From: a virus
IMG/VR virus record: IMGVR_UViG_3300029822_001031
Strand: one strand, 5' to 3'
Length of the DNA: 26,716 nucleotides
How positions within the stretch are numbered: position 1 is the first letter of the stretch; the number at the start of each line of letters is the position of its first letter. A program made the translations under genes and the position numbers. Below, one piece after another: positions 16,664 through 24,816 of this stretch. The notes below the pieces were generated by a model. That model did not search any database. It was given only the letters and a program-made list of their open reading frames with translations, and was not told where the DNA came from.

Positions 16664-17481
16664 TGCCGATGGTACTTGACGACCTGACCCTCGCAGCGGT
16701 CGGGCTGCTTGCCGCCGCCGGATATGTCGGCCTCGGCCTGATCGTCTCAGAAGTCTATAAGTGGATCCCCGAATGGCGTATCCTCTCCCAGGCGCGGAAG
16801 AAGAACCTCCCGGTTCTGGCCCTCACGGTCCCCGGCACGGGAGAAACGGACTTGATTTTAGGAGGGAAAGACGAGAAGGGCGATCCGGTCTTCAGTGTCA
16901 AAGGTCAGAGTTTCGGGATCCAGGTGGATCCGAAGTTCAGCGGGCAGATCGCCCCCGACCGGCTCGCAAAAGGTCTGCGGGTCTACCACTACGGCACCAC
17001 AACTCCGCTCGCCCTCGACGGCCGGCACGCCATGGCGCTCCAGACCGTGATCCTGGTCATCCGGGATGAGTTCCCGCAACTCCAATTCCTGACCGACGAT
17101 CAGGTTCTGGCGCTCCTCAACACACCCCGGAACGACCTGGAGAAGTACTGTGAGTCTATCTACCAGATGACCGCCACGACTGCCGTGGAGTTCGATGTCC
17201 ACGACGCTCACGCCCTGATGAACCTCATCATCGACGCCCAGGACCGCACCGCAGAGGTCGAGGTCCCCGGCAGCGGAATGTACTCATACGCCTATGCGTT
17301 CAAGAACATTCCGACCGCCTACCTCTCGCAGGACCTCCACCAGTACGGCCTGCTCATCGAGCGGAAAGTGCGGAAACAGATGGACGACCTCGCCAAGAAG
17401 TACGGCATAATCCTCGTGTTCGCGTTCGGCGCCCTGATGATCATCATCGGCGGAGCGGTGGCGTACACTATCATCAAGTGA
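16663..17481 (+). CDS. Membrane protein with N- and C-terminal TM and central soluble domain
   Basis: Hydrophobic helices at both ends; TAATG coupling. Confidence 0.8.
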   Translation: MPMVLDDLTLAAVGLLAAAGYVGLGLIVSEVYKWIPEWRILSQARKKNLPVLALTVPGTGETDLILGGKDEKGDPVFSVKGQSFGIQVDPKFSGQIAPDRLAKGLRVYHYGTTTPLALDGRHAMALQTVILVIRDEFPQLQFLTDDQVLALLNTPRNDLEKYCESIYQMTATTAVEFDVHDAHALMNLIIDAQDRTAEVEVPGSGMYSYAYAFKNIPTAYLSQDLHQYGLLIERKVRKQMDDLAKKYGIILVFAFGALMIIIGGAVAYTIIK

Positions 17482-17488
17482 GGCACAC

Positions 17489-17860
17489 ATGGCAGAATCC
17501 CTCCCGACACCCAGGAACGAGCGGCCCGCGATTGCGACCGTCATCGACGCCGCATATATCGCCACGGCCCGGCAGGGCACCAACCTCCGCCTCTATCTGA
17601 TGGATCCCCGGGGACCCCTCACCCAACCCTTTCTCGAATTTTATGAGTGCTTCTCGGCACTCTTCACGCTGACCTCCCCCTACCAGGAGATCGTAAACGA
17701 GGATGATGCAAGCAGCGCACAGCTCCTCAAGGATATCAGAGAGTGGGTCAACCCTGACAACCGCACTATCGCAACAGCCCGGGCTCGACGCGGCCTGATC
17801 CTCTTCGAGGAGTGGCAGCGGATTCTTGCACGAAAGGATGTGATATCATGGCAAAGATAG
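17489..17860 (+). CDS. Hypothetical helical protein
   Basis: GAGG RBS; operon codon style. Confidence 0.75.
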   Translation: MAESLPTPRNERPAIATVIDAAYIATARQGTNLRLYLMDPRGPLTQPFLEFYECFSALFTLTSPYQEIVNEDDASSAQLLKDIREWVNPDNRTIATARARRGLILFEEWQRILARKDVISWQR

Positions 17861-18297
17861 GACTCGGCGCCCCGCCGATGAGCATCAACGACGTCTACCT
17901 GCAGGCCATCCTCCAGGAATGGGCAGCCCGAACAGAGTGCATCAAGACCTCGCACGATATCCGGGATCCCCGTGTGGCGATGCTCACCAAGAGCCTGATC
18001 ACGATGGTCGCAGATAAAGGCGTTCAGCGGACTCTCTGGGAGTACCGGGATAAGTACTATGAGGCAGCTCTCAAGGAGTACAAGAACATCACCCGCGACG
18101 ACGAAGCCCTCGCCCGGTTCGATGCCGATACCCTGGCTCTCGGGCACCTCTGGGGCTGGCTCGGAGAGGCGATCCCGCTGATCACGCAGATGACGTACGG
18201 GGTATGTGGGAAGCAAGAGAACGAGGAGGAGGACGAGATCAAGTACGGCGGAGGTGATGCAGGTGATCTCAGTACTGGACCGTGCCCAACAGAGTAA
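17848..18297 (+). CDS. Hypothetical helical protein (MAKIGLGAPP...)
   Basis: GGATGTGA upstream of ATG at 17848; overlaps neighbours. Confidence 0.7.
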   Translation: MAKIGLGAPPMSINDVYLQAILQEWAARTECIKTSHDIRDPRVAMLTKSLITMVADKGVQRTLWEYRDKYYEAALKEYKNITRDDEALARFDADTLALGHLWGWLGEAIPLITQMTYGVCGKQENEEEDEIKYGGGDAGDLSTGPCPTE

Positions 18298-19264
18298 TTA
18301 CCCGGTGCCGATACTGCCGGCGCCCAAATACTGCACCCCTGACAACGATTATCTCGCCAACCGCTTCGCCTCGACCATCACCGGCCCCTACAAGCAGGAT
18401 ATCGCTATGGTCCTCCAGGGCCAGAAGGGATCCGGGAAATCATATGCCTCGCTCCGTATCGCCTACAACACGGCCCGAAGAATAGCGGAGATCCGGGATG
18501 AGGACTGGCGGGAATGGCCCAAGTATTTCAGCATGGCAAATGTCGCTATCATCGACCCTGAGCGGGCATCTGCGATCATCTCCCATGCGAAACCCTACAA
18601 CATCTATATCTTCGATGATATCGGCGTTGGGTGGAATAGTAGGGCCTTCGCCTCGAAAGAGAACCGGGACAAAAACGATATTTTCCAGATCAACCGGGTG
18701 GCGCAGACCATCCAGATTCTTTCAATGCCAAATCAATTCCTCCTCGACAAAGTGCCCCGGATGCTCTGCAACTACCTGGCAGAGATGGATAGTTCCAGTT
18801 TCAGCAAAGGGCTCTCTACGATGAAGGTGTTTAAGGCGAAAACCATCTTCCGGCTGGACAGTCTCCGGATCAACCCTCACCTGGTCGCAACCACGGGAGA
18901 GAAGATCGTCAAACATGTGATCGCCCAACCCCCGGCGTTCCTGGCAGAGCAGTATGATAAGATCCGGCAGGAGACCACTCAGAAGATCATCGCCGCCCGA
19001 GCCCAGAGCGGCAAGGCGGCCGGCGGGGATCCCCCCTCGGACGACTACGAGGAGGGGCTCTCCGATCACCCGGGTTGGGCGAAGTTCCACAAGAAAACGA
19101 AAGAGATGTACCGGCGCGCCCAACGAGAACTTCCCAACTATGAGCAGTATCGGCTAAGTGGCATGAGCCACAAGGAAGCCCTGAAAGAAGTAAGGATTGC
19201 GAAGACCACATGGAAACATTGGGAAGGCGAGGGCGTGCTGGAATGGTTCGGAGTGTCGGTATGA
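18257..19264 (+). CDS. P-loop ATPase (Zot/pI-like morphogenesis or genome-packaging type) with C-terminal HTH
   Basis: Walker A GQKGSGKS, Walker B YIFDD followed by GWNSR.F.S..N; C-terminal GMSHKEALKEVRIAKTTWKHW HTH-like; GGAGGTG at start. Confidence 0.8.
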   Translation: MQVISVLDRAQQSNYPVPILPAPKYCTPDNDYLANRFASTITGPYKQDIAMVLQGQKGSGKSYASLRIAYNTARRIAEIRDEDWREWPKYFSMANVAIIDPERASAIISHAKPYNIYIFDDIGVGWNSRAFASKENRDKNDIFQINRVAQTIQILSMPNQFLLDKVPRMLCNYLAEMDSSSFSKGLSTMKVFKAKTIFRLDSLRINPHLVATTGEKIVKHVIAQPPAFLAEQYDKIRQETTQKIIAARAQSGKAAGGDPPSDDYEEGLSDHPGWAKFHKKTKEMYRRAQRELPNYEQYRLSGMSHKEALKEVRIAKTTWKHWEGEGVLEWFGVSV

Positions 19265-19368
19265 CGCACGACTACAACGGCAGGCGTCGCACCGGCGTAT
19301 AGTATTGTACAAATACAAAACTGAAACTTTCTTTCCCGGCCGGCCCGGCAGAGGAGGATGAAAAAAGC

Positions 19369-19638
19369 ATGAAAAACGATGAAGGCATTGCATATGGGTT
19401 AATCGCGGTCGTGATGTTTATCGGCATGGTCGCGCTGATCTTCATCTGCTTTACCCCGGCGATGAACGGGGTGATCGAGGCCGCCAACACCCTCATAGGT
19501 GACGGTAAGGTCGGCGTGCAGACGGCCGGAGCGGTTGAGTGGTCGTTAGGATGGTTCGCAGCTATCCCGATCATCGGGCTCCTCGGTATCGGGTACTGGG
19601 CATACATCAGAGCACTGGAGGAGAATCCAAGTGACTAG
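19369..19638 (+). CDS. Two-helix hairpin membrane protein with pilin-like leader (MKNDEG|IAYG)
   Basis: GAGGAGG RBS; two TMs; charged short leader ending in G. Confidence 0.75.
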   Translation: MKNDEGIAYGLIAVVMFIGMVALIFICFTPAMNGVIEAANTLIGDGKVGVQTAGAVEWSLGWFAAIPIIGLLGIGYWAYIRALEENPSD

Positions 19639-19939
19639 CTTTAGTGCCGTGTGGCAGGGGTTCATTATCATGATCGTGACGATCGCGGTCGGCGTTATGA
19701 TGAGCTTCGCCGGCGGGACGATCCTCGATACGCTCGTGGACGGGTTCACGATGGCCGGCGTCTACGATGTCCCGGCAGAGTGGGACCAGGGCGGCACGAT
19801 CAACCTGGTGATCAACCTTTACTACTTCCTGATGTATGCGATCCCCGTGATCGGCGTGGCGATCTTCGTGGTGACACTCCATCAGCGGAAACGGTACGAC
19901 CGATACGGGGATGAGTACTCTATCTATGAGGGGCGGTGA
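19631..19939 (+). CDS. Two-helix hairpin membrane protein
   Basis: Two TMs, Y.IP.IG motif similar to neighbour's AIPIIG; basic/aromatic tail. Confidence 0.75.
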   Translation: MTSFSAVWQGFIIMIVTIAVGVMMSFAGGTILDTLVDGFTMAGVYDVPAEWDQGGTINLVINLYYFLMYAIPVIGVAIFVVTLHQRKRYDRYGDEYSIYEGR

Positions 19940-22488
19940 GAGTGGTGCTCGATTGGTTCGTGCAGCGGGGCAGAGATGTCCGGCAGGCACTCACCCCGAA
20001 GCAGCAGCCGGTACAGGCCCCCGCACCGACCCGGCCGGAGCCGGCGACGGTGTTCTACGGCAGGGGGTACACCAACCCTGCCCGGCAGGCGACCGCGAAA
20101 CCCGTGCAGCCGGCGCAGGAGTTGAAGAAGGCACTCGCCCCGAAGCAGCAACCGGCACGAAAGAACCAGCCCAGGATACTCCCGACGCAGCCGAAGACGA
20201 CCCGGCCGGCCCGGGTCTCCATCCCGGTGCCAGTGATCCCTCCATCTGCAGCACTCAGGGATGTTGAGCGAGTGTTGGGCGGGATGGAGTCCGAAGGGCG
20301 CCTTATCGGGACGCCGCTTGCATCCCCTGCAGCCGACCTCGCCCGGTACGTAGTGAGAGGCGCCCCGATCGTTACCCCGTGGGACACGGAAGCGCGGTAC
20401 AAGGAGCACGCCGCCGCATACGATGAGTATCGCAGTCTCAAGGACACGTACTCGAAGAACATCGAGGGGGAGACGTTCGTCGTCCGCACCTCGCAGGACC
20501 GGGCGAAATATAACCGCCTGCAGGCTGCGGCGGAAAAGGTCGAGACCACCGGCAAGGCGTTCGACACCTCCCGCGACCAGGAGCTCTTTGGGGTGTCGAA
20601 GCGGGTATCCGACGCGAATAAGGGGGTATCATCGTGGATGAACCTGCCCCGGGTGTCGCCCGCAGCGGAGCGGGTCCTCCAGGTCTTGATCCCTAAAACC
20701 GCAGAGGAGCGAGTGTTAGGGATGGGTCTGGGTGCGGTCGGCAACCCCGGTGGCGCCCGGGCGCCGGAGATCGGACAGTTCCGGCTAGGTATGGTCGTCG
20801 GCGGCTACGATCGGTTCCGCACCGAACCCCTCACGGCGGCCGGCTCCCTCGCCGTAGGTTTTGCGGGCGGTGCCGTGATGAAGGGCGCAACCCTCATCCC
20901 GAAGGTCGGCCCCCTCGTCATATCGAAAGGCCCCACTATCGGCAAGGCTGTAGATACTCTCTACGGCGGATCCGTGGCGCTCAGGACCGGGATGGCCGGC
21001 CCGGATGCGTTCGAGATGGGCCGGGAGTTCGGTGGGATCCTGACCACTGAAGCGATCCCAATGTACGGCGGGGTGAAAGCGTTTACGGCAATATCCCCCC
21101 GGGTAGCGGCCGGGATGACCCGGGCAAACGACGCATACCTCTCGTTCAAGATCCGGGATGCTCCGGCCGCCCGGGTGCAGGGCGGTCCTCTCCCGACCGA
21201 CGAGATGCTCTTTGAGAGTCTCCAGATGCGGGGCACTCAGGATCCGTTCACCTCTTCCCGTTCCCTCTCCACGTCCCGGTATCCGTCGAGAGCGGGGACG
21301 TTCGAGGAGATTATCCCGGGCAGCTACGTAGAGCGGGGGAGGATGGATCTCTTCCTCCGGCAGTACGAGACTCCCGGACAGTCCGCATGGCGCCAGCCTA
21401 TCCCGGAGGAGTTCCTCGCCGCCGAGGATATCGCCGCAGCCTGGAAAGGCACCGGCCCGAAGCTTGATCCGGATGTGGTGCCGAAACGAGGGATCGCCGG
21501 GGGATGGTATCCCGACAACGAGATGATCCTCGGCGGGCTCCGGATGCGGGATCTGCAAGGGGTTACCACTTCCCGCTCTATCTCTGCGTCCCGGCGTCCG
21601 TCGAGAGCGGGGACGTTCGAGGAGGTTATCCCCGGCAGCTACGTGGAGCGGGGGAGAATGGATCTCTTCCTCCGGCAGTACGAGACTCCTGGGCAGGCGG
21701 CGTGGCGTCGCCCCATCCCGGAGGAGTTCCTCACCCCGGATGATATTGCGGAGGCGTACAAGTTCAGCAGCCCGCTCCTCGACGTTCCGGTGACGAAGAT
21801 GTACGCCGGTCTCCCGCTGCGGCCGGCTGCCCGACAGAGGGCGAGGTCCGGGTCGCGGCGGTCGGCATACTCTCTCTCCGGCCGGTCGCTCAGGGTCCGG
21901 CCGCCGGCCGCTGATCTCAGTCTCGGGGAAGCGGTATCGGCCCGCTTCGCGGCCCCGGTCACGATGGAGCCGACCGTCTCTTCCCGGTCGAGGAGCGACA
22001 TCCTCACCGCCCTCAACCAGGGATCGGATCTTGCCTCTCAGATGAGTGTCGATAGTTCGGAGGTCCTCAAATCCGCGCTGAACCTGAACAGCTCCCTTGC
22101 CCTGGGATCCGTCCAGGTCTCCGCTCAGGAGCAGGCACTCACCCAGACCTCGACCTCTCGCCAGGGGCTCCGGCAACGGCAGCGCACCGACACGACACAG
22201 CTCCGGACCCGCATCTCAGCCCCGCGTCCGCCCCGGACCAGGGTGCCGGAGGTCCCGCCGCTCAAGGTCCCGCCCTTCCCGGGAGAGGGGCGACGGAAGA
22301 AGGGGCGGAAGCGAAAAGCGCAGACGGCGTACGACTGGCTCGTCACCAACCCCGTTCCGGATATCGAGTTCTCGCTAGGTAGGGCAGGGACATTCGACGC
22401 TCCCGCCCGGCAGAAGGGGAAGAAGTCTTCCCGCCGGCCCCCGGTAGCCGGGCCGCCGGCGGACTTCTTCGAGGTCGGAGGGTTCTGA
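19936..22488 (+). CDS. Large basic Pro/Arg-rich protein with central Gly-rich hydrophobic segments and 105-aa tandem repeat (candidate core/genome-delivery protein)
   Basis: 850-aa ORF coupled at both ends; Q/P/K-rich N-terminus, GG-rich hydrophobic middle, Ser/Gln-rich then very basic C-terminus (GRRKKGRKRK). Confidence 0.7.
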   Translation: MRVVLDWFVQRGRDVRQALTPKQQPVQAPAPTRPEPATVFYGRGYTNPARQATAKPVQPAQELKKALAPKQQPARKNQPRILPTQPKTTRPARVSIPVPVIPPSAALRDVERVLGGMESEGRLIGTPLASPAADLARYVVRGAPIVTPWDTEARYKEHAAAYDEYRSLKDTYSKNIEGETFVVRTSQDRAKYNRLQAAAEKVETTGKAFDTSRDQELFGVSKRVSDANKGVSSWMNLPRVSPAAERVLQVLIPKTAEERVLGMGLGAVGNPGGARAPEIGQFRLGMVVGGYDRFRTEPLTAAGSLAVGFAGGAVMKGATLIPKVGPLVISKGPTIGKAVDTLYGGSVALRTGMAGPDAFEMGREFGGILTTEAIPMYGGVKAFTAISPRVAAGMTRANDAYLSFKIRDAPAARVQGGPLPTDEMLFESLQMRGTQDPFTSSRSLSTSRYPSRAGTFEEIIPGSYVERGRMDLFLRQYETPGQSAWRQPIPEEFLAAEDIAAAWKGTGPKLDPDVVPKRGIAGGWYPDNEMILGGLRMRDLQGVTTSRSISASRRPSRAGTFEEVIPGSYVERGRMDLFLRQYETPGQAAWRRPIPEEFLTPDDIAEAYKFSSPLLDVPVTKMYAGLPLRPAARQRARSGSRRSAYSLSGRSLRVRPPAADLSLGEAVSARFAAPVTMEPTVSSRSRSDILTALNQGSDLASQMSVDSSEVLKSALNLNSSLALGSVQVSAQEQALTQTSTSRQGLRQRQRTDTTQLRTRISAPRPPRTRVPEVPPLKVPPFPGEGRRKKGRKRKAQTAYDWLVTNPVPDIEFSLGRAGTFDAPARQKGKKSSRRPPVAGPPADFFEVGGF
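21190..21780 (+). repeat. Intragenic tandem duplication, 315-nt period
   Basis: PSRAGTFEE(I/V)IPGSYVERGRMDLFLRQYETPGQ occurs twice; CCGTCGAGAG at 21283 and 21598. Confidence 0.9.
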
Positions 22489-22784
22489 TGGCGGAGGAAG
22501 CGTGCTACACGGAAGCGGTCTCGCTCTCGACCTATATCCGGTCGTGCGACACGGTTGAGGAGGCGTTGGGGATCCCTCTCGATCGGATGCGGTCCCTGGA
22601 GCAGGTGACAAAACAGCTGACCGAAGGGCGACGCAGGGTGGCCGAGGCCCTTCATGCCGTCGCAACCTTCCCCGGGTTCACGGAGTATGAGCGGGTGTAC
22701 GTGACGTTCAAGCTCACGGAGCAGATCGCGTGGTCGCTCCGGTCCCCGGCAGACGATGAAGAAGACGATGAGGGGCCGGAGTAA
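22488..22784 (+). CDS. Acidic hypothetical protein, last gene of structural region
   Basis: TGATG coupling; GGAGGG upstream. Confidence 0.7.
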   Translation: MAEEACYTEAVSLSTYIRSCDTVEEALGIPLDRMRSLEQVTKQLTEGRRRVAEALHAVATFPGFTEYERVYVTFKLTEQIAWSLRSPADDEEDDEGPE

Positions 22785-22971
22785 TCCGAGCCCAAATCTT
22801 TGAGTATCACGGCGATTTAAGGGGGTGGGAAAAAGGGGAGGATGTATCACTCCACCCGCCCGGAGATCGTCGGTTTTAGGGCGCCTGTGAGGGTGTTTAA
22901 TCTGGGCGCTATCTTCTGTTAGATTTTGAATCGGAGAACGTAACCGCGTTTTTGATAAAAAAAAAGAGGAG

Positions 22972-23190
22972 CTATCTCTTCTTTGCCCGGGCTCGATACT
23001 TTTTCAGTGCTTCCTTCCGGTCATACGTCTTGTACCGGTACCCACACGCGCTGCAGATCACATACTTGTTTCCGGCTGCGGTCGTGTGGTTGTAGAACTT
23101 CCCGTACTTCCTGCATGAGGGACACAGGCCGCTCATGACGATCTCTCTGGTGGTAGCTCCCCGGGGGAGTGAGTATTTTCGTTCTGCCAT
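22972..23190 (-). CDS. Basic Zn-finger protein
   Basis: CPSC...CSAC with Lys/Arg-rich C-terminus; GAGGGA upstream. Confidence 0.75.
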   Translation of the reverse strand: MAERKYSLPRGATTREIVMSGLCPSCRKYGKFYNHTTAAGNKYVICSACGYRYKTYDRKEALKKYRARAKKR

Positions 23191-23207
23191 AGTGGTTCCG
23201 TCCCTCG

Positions 23208-23456
23208 TTAGACCCGGGATCCCCGGAGGTCCGATCGGTTCTTCCGCGTTTCGGTGTAGATCCGGCCGCTGGCGCTGCGCCGCTTGCCCGGCTGCATTGC
23301 CCGCTTCTTGATCGCCCGGTCCCGCTTGATGTCCGATGTTCCGGTCTGTTTGTTCGTCGCCTTCAGAACCCGCCGCCCGTAGGCGCCGATCTTCGTCTGT
23401 CCGACCTTCTTTTTGGTCGTGCTCGCCTTTTTGGTTGAGCCCTTCGCTTTTGCCAT
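23208..23456 (-). CDS. Highly basic small protein, candidate nucleoprotein
   Basis: Lys/Arg-rich; QTGTS...RD...PGKRRSASGRIY.E.R.NRSD; AAGGAAG upstream. Confidence 0.75.
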   Translation of the reverse strand: MAKAKGSTKKASTTKKKVGQTKIGAYGRRVLKATNKQTGTSDIKRDRAIKKRAMQPGKRRSASGRIYTETRKNRSDLRGSRV

Positions 23457-23457
23457 G

Positions 23458-23574
23458 TTACTTCCTTACTTTTCGTTCGTAGGATTTCACCCGGACTTTC
23501 TGTTTCCGTCCGGGGACGCTCCGCAGATGACCGCTGACCTTCTGCCTTGCCGTTCGCGCACCTCTATAGGCCAC
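23458..23574 (-). CDS. Very basic 38-aa peptide (MAYRGARTARQKVSGHLRSVPGRKQKVRVKSYERKVRK)
   Basis: Translated by hand; GTG start, stop 1 nt before next ATG; TATA-like ttttatctttat upstream on minus strand. Confidence 0.55.
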   Translation of the reverse strand: MAYRGARTARQKVSGHLRSVPGRKQKVRVKSYERKVRK

Positions 23575-23731
23575 TCGGCCGCTCTAGTCTGATAGTGGGG
23601 TCCCGATAAAGATAAAAGTATCTCCCTGCTCCCCGACCCGGGGCCGGGGGTGCGCGGAGGAGTGGTTCACCTGGCCGGGGCTGGAGAGATATCATATAAT
23701 GGGCCGGGGGGAACATAACAGAAAGTAATAA

Positions 23732-23751
23732 ATACTATGCATACATAGTAT
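23732..23751. promoter_or_regulatory. Palindromic operator ATACTATG-N4-CATAGTAT at right-arm promoter
   Basis: Perfect 8-4-8 inverted repeat 17 nt upstream of ATG 23769, downstream of TATA-like atataat (23694-23700). Confidence 0.6.
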
Positions 23752-23768
23752 GTAGTAGAGGAAAGATC

Positions 23769-24227
23769 ATGACCGAAATGACCATGACCCAAGCGGTTGA
23801 GATGCTCCGGGGACTGATCCCGGACGAGGACGCAGTACAGATTGAGGATGGAGCGACGACCTGGTACGCGAGTACCCTTGTGGACGAGGTGCGAGAGCAC
23901 GACGACGGGACAATCTACGATCTTGTGGTTGAGCCCTGGGGGATCGTGAAGCTCAATGAGGATGGGTTCCGGGAGAGCGTCCCGGAGTACCGGGTCCAGC
24001 CCCGGCCATATATCTGGGAGGTTCTCTACCACGGCCACAAAGTGATCGCACAGATGGAGCAGCCCGGCGAGGATATGGAGACGAACGGGCGCACCTACAT
24101 GCTGGATGCGATCATCCCCGACGAGCACGCAGACGCAGCGCAGGAGGGAGAGTGGGAGGAGTATGGGTTCTGCTACACGTTCGATGGAGATTACTATCTA
24201 GTACAGTATTACCGGAAGCCTTGGTGA
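23769..24227 (+). CDS. Acidic hypothetical protein
   Basis: GAGGA RBS; Asp/Glu-rich. Confidence 0.75.
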   Translation: MTEMTMTQAVEMLRGLIPDEDAVQIEDGATTWYASTLVDEVREHDDGTIYDLVVEPWGIVKLNEDGFRESVPEYRVQPRPYIWEVLYHGHKVIAQMEQPGEDMETNGRTYMLDAIIPDEHADAAQEGEWEEYGFCYTFDGDYYLVQYYRKPW

Positions 24228-24275
24228 GCGGTTCGGGTAGCCAGGCCCCGCCCGGGTTCGAGGCCCGGGACCGCT
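24227..24275 (+). ncRNA. tRNA-like element 1 (acceptor stem, D-arm, T-arm; no anticodon arm)
   Basis: AGCGGT/ACCGCT stem; GGG-TAGCCAGG-CCC; CCCGGG-TTCGAGG-CCCGGG. Confidence 0.6.
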
Positions 24276-24329
24276 TTCAGAAAATCCGTTAGGAATTGCC
24301 CTTCGGGGCTAACTGTGAGGTGAGAGAGA

Positions 24330-24512
24330 ATGATCTACAAAACTGAAATTGAGTGGCTTCGCGCCCGATGGATGAATCTGCACGGATACGCCCGGAACAC
24401 TGAGAGCAACCTTTCACTCTTCACCGCCCCGGATCTAACTGCAGAGGAGATTCGAGACTGTGAGTTTGAGGATCTTGCGTCGCTTGTTGAGTTTGTTGAG
24501 CGGCGAGGGTAG
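24330..24512 (+). CDS. Small hypothetical protein
   Basis: GAGGTGA RBS; lies between the two tRNA-like elements. Confidence 0.7.
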   Translation: MIYKTEIEWLRARWMNLHGYARNTESNLSLFTAPDLTAEEIRDCEFEDLASLVEFVERRG

Positions 24513-24546
24513 CCAGGCCCCGCCCGGGTTCGAAGCCCGGGGCCGC
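24500..24546 (+). ncRNA. tRNA-like element 2
   Basis: GCGGC/GCCGC stem (compensatory vs copy 1); 35-nt core 24507-24541 differs from 24235-24269 at one T-loop position. Confidence 0.6.
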
Positions 24547-24582
24547 ATTTCCCCGCCCGTGGGCGGGAGAGGAGATTGAAAA

Positions 24583-24816
24583 ATGGATCATAAGACAATG
24601 GAAATCACAAAGGATCATGTTACGATCCTGTGTACGAAGGTGGTAAGATATGAGGATGGTCCTGAGTGTCCGTGCTGCGGGCGGCCGCGCATGTGGCGGA
24701 AGGTCCCCGAAGGATGGATGTGCGGGACCGGCGACGACAGCGGGAGGATAATGGATCCCGGCGAGGATTGCTGGGCCTGCAGGGAGTCACTCAGAGAGAT
24801 CGGAGAGGAAGAATGA
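24583..24816 (+). CDS. Zn-finger small protein
   Basis: CPCC...WMCG...C.AC; GAGGAG upstream; ATGA coupling. Confidence 0.7.
   Translation: MDHKTMEITKDHVTILCTKVVRYEDGPECPCCGRPRMWRKVPEGWMCGTGDDSGRIMDPGEDCWACRESLREIGEEE

Noticed and set aside
19303-19311. TATTGTACA shared with origin (7344-7352)
   Set aside because: A 9-bp match in AT-rich DNA is expected by chance.
21190-21780. Diversity-generating retroelement (TR/VR pair)
   Set aside because: Both copies are in frame in one gene, differences are not adenine-specific, and no reverse transcriptase is present. The same applies to the PKD repeats.
24227-24546. Functional tRNA genes or attP/attL site
   Set aside because: No anticodon arm and no CCA; two internal copies at gene ends; no integrase in the window. 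Kept as tRNA-like elements.
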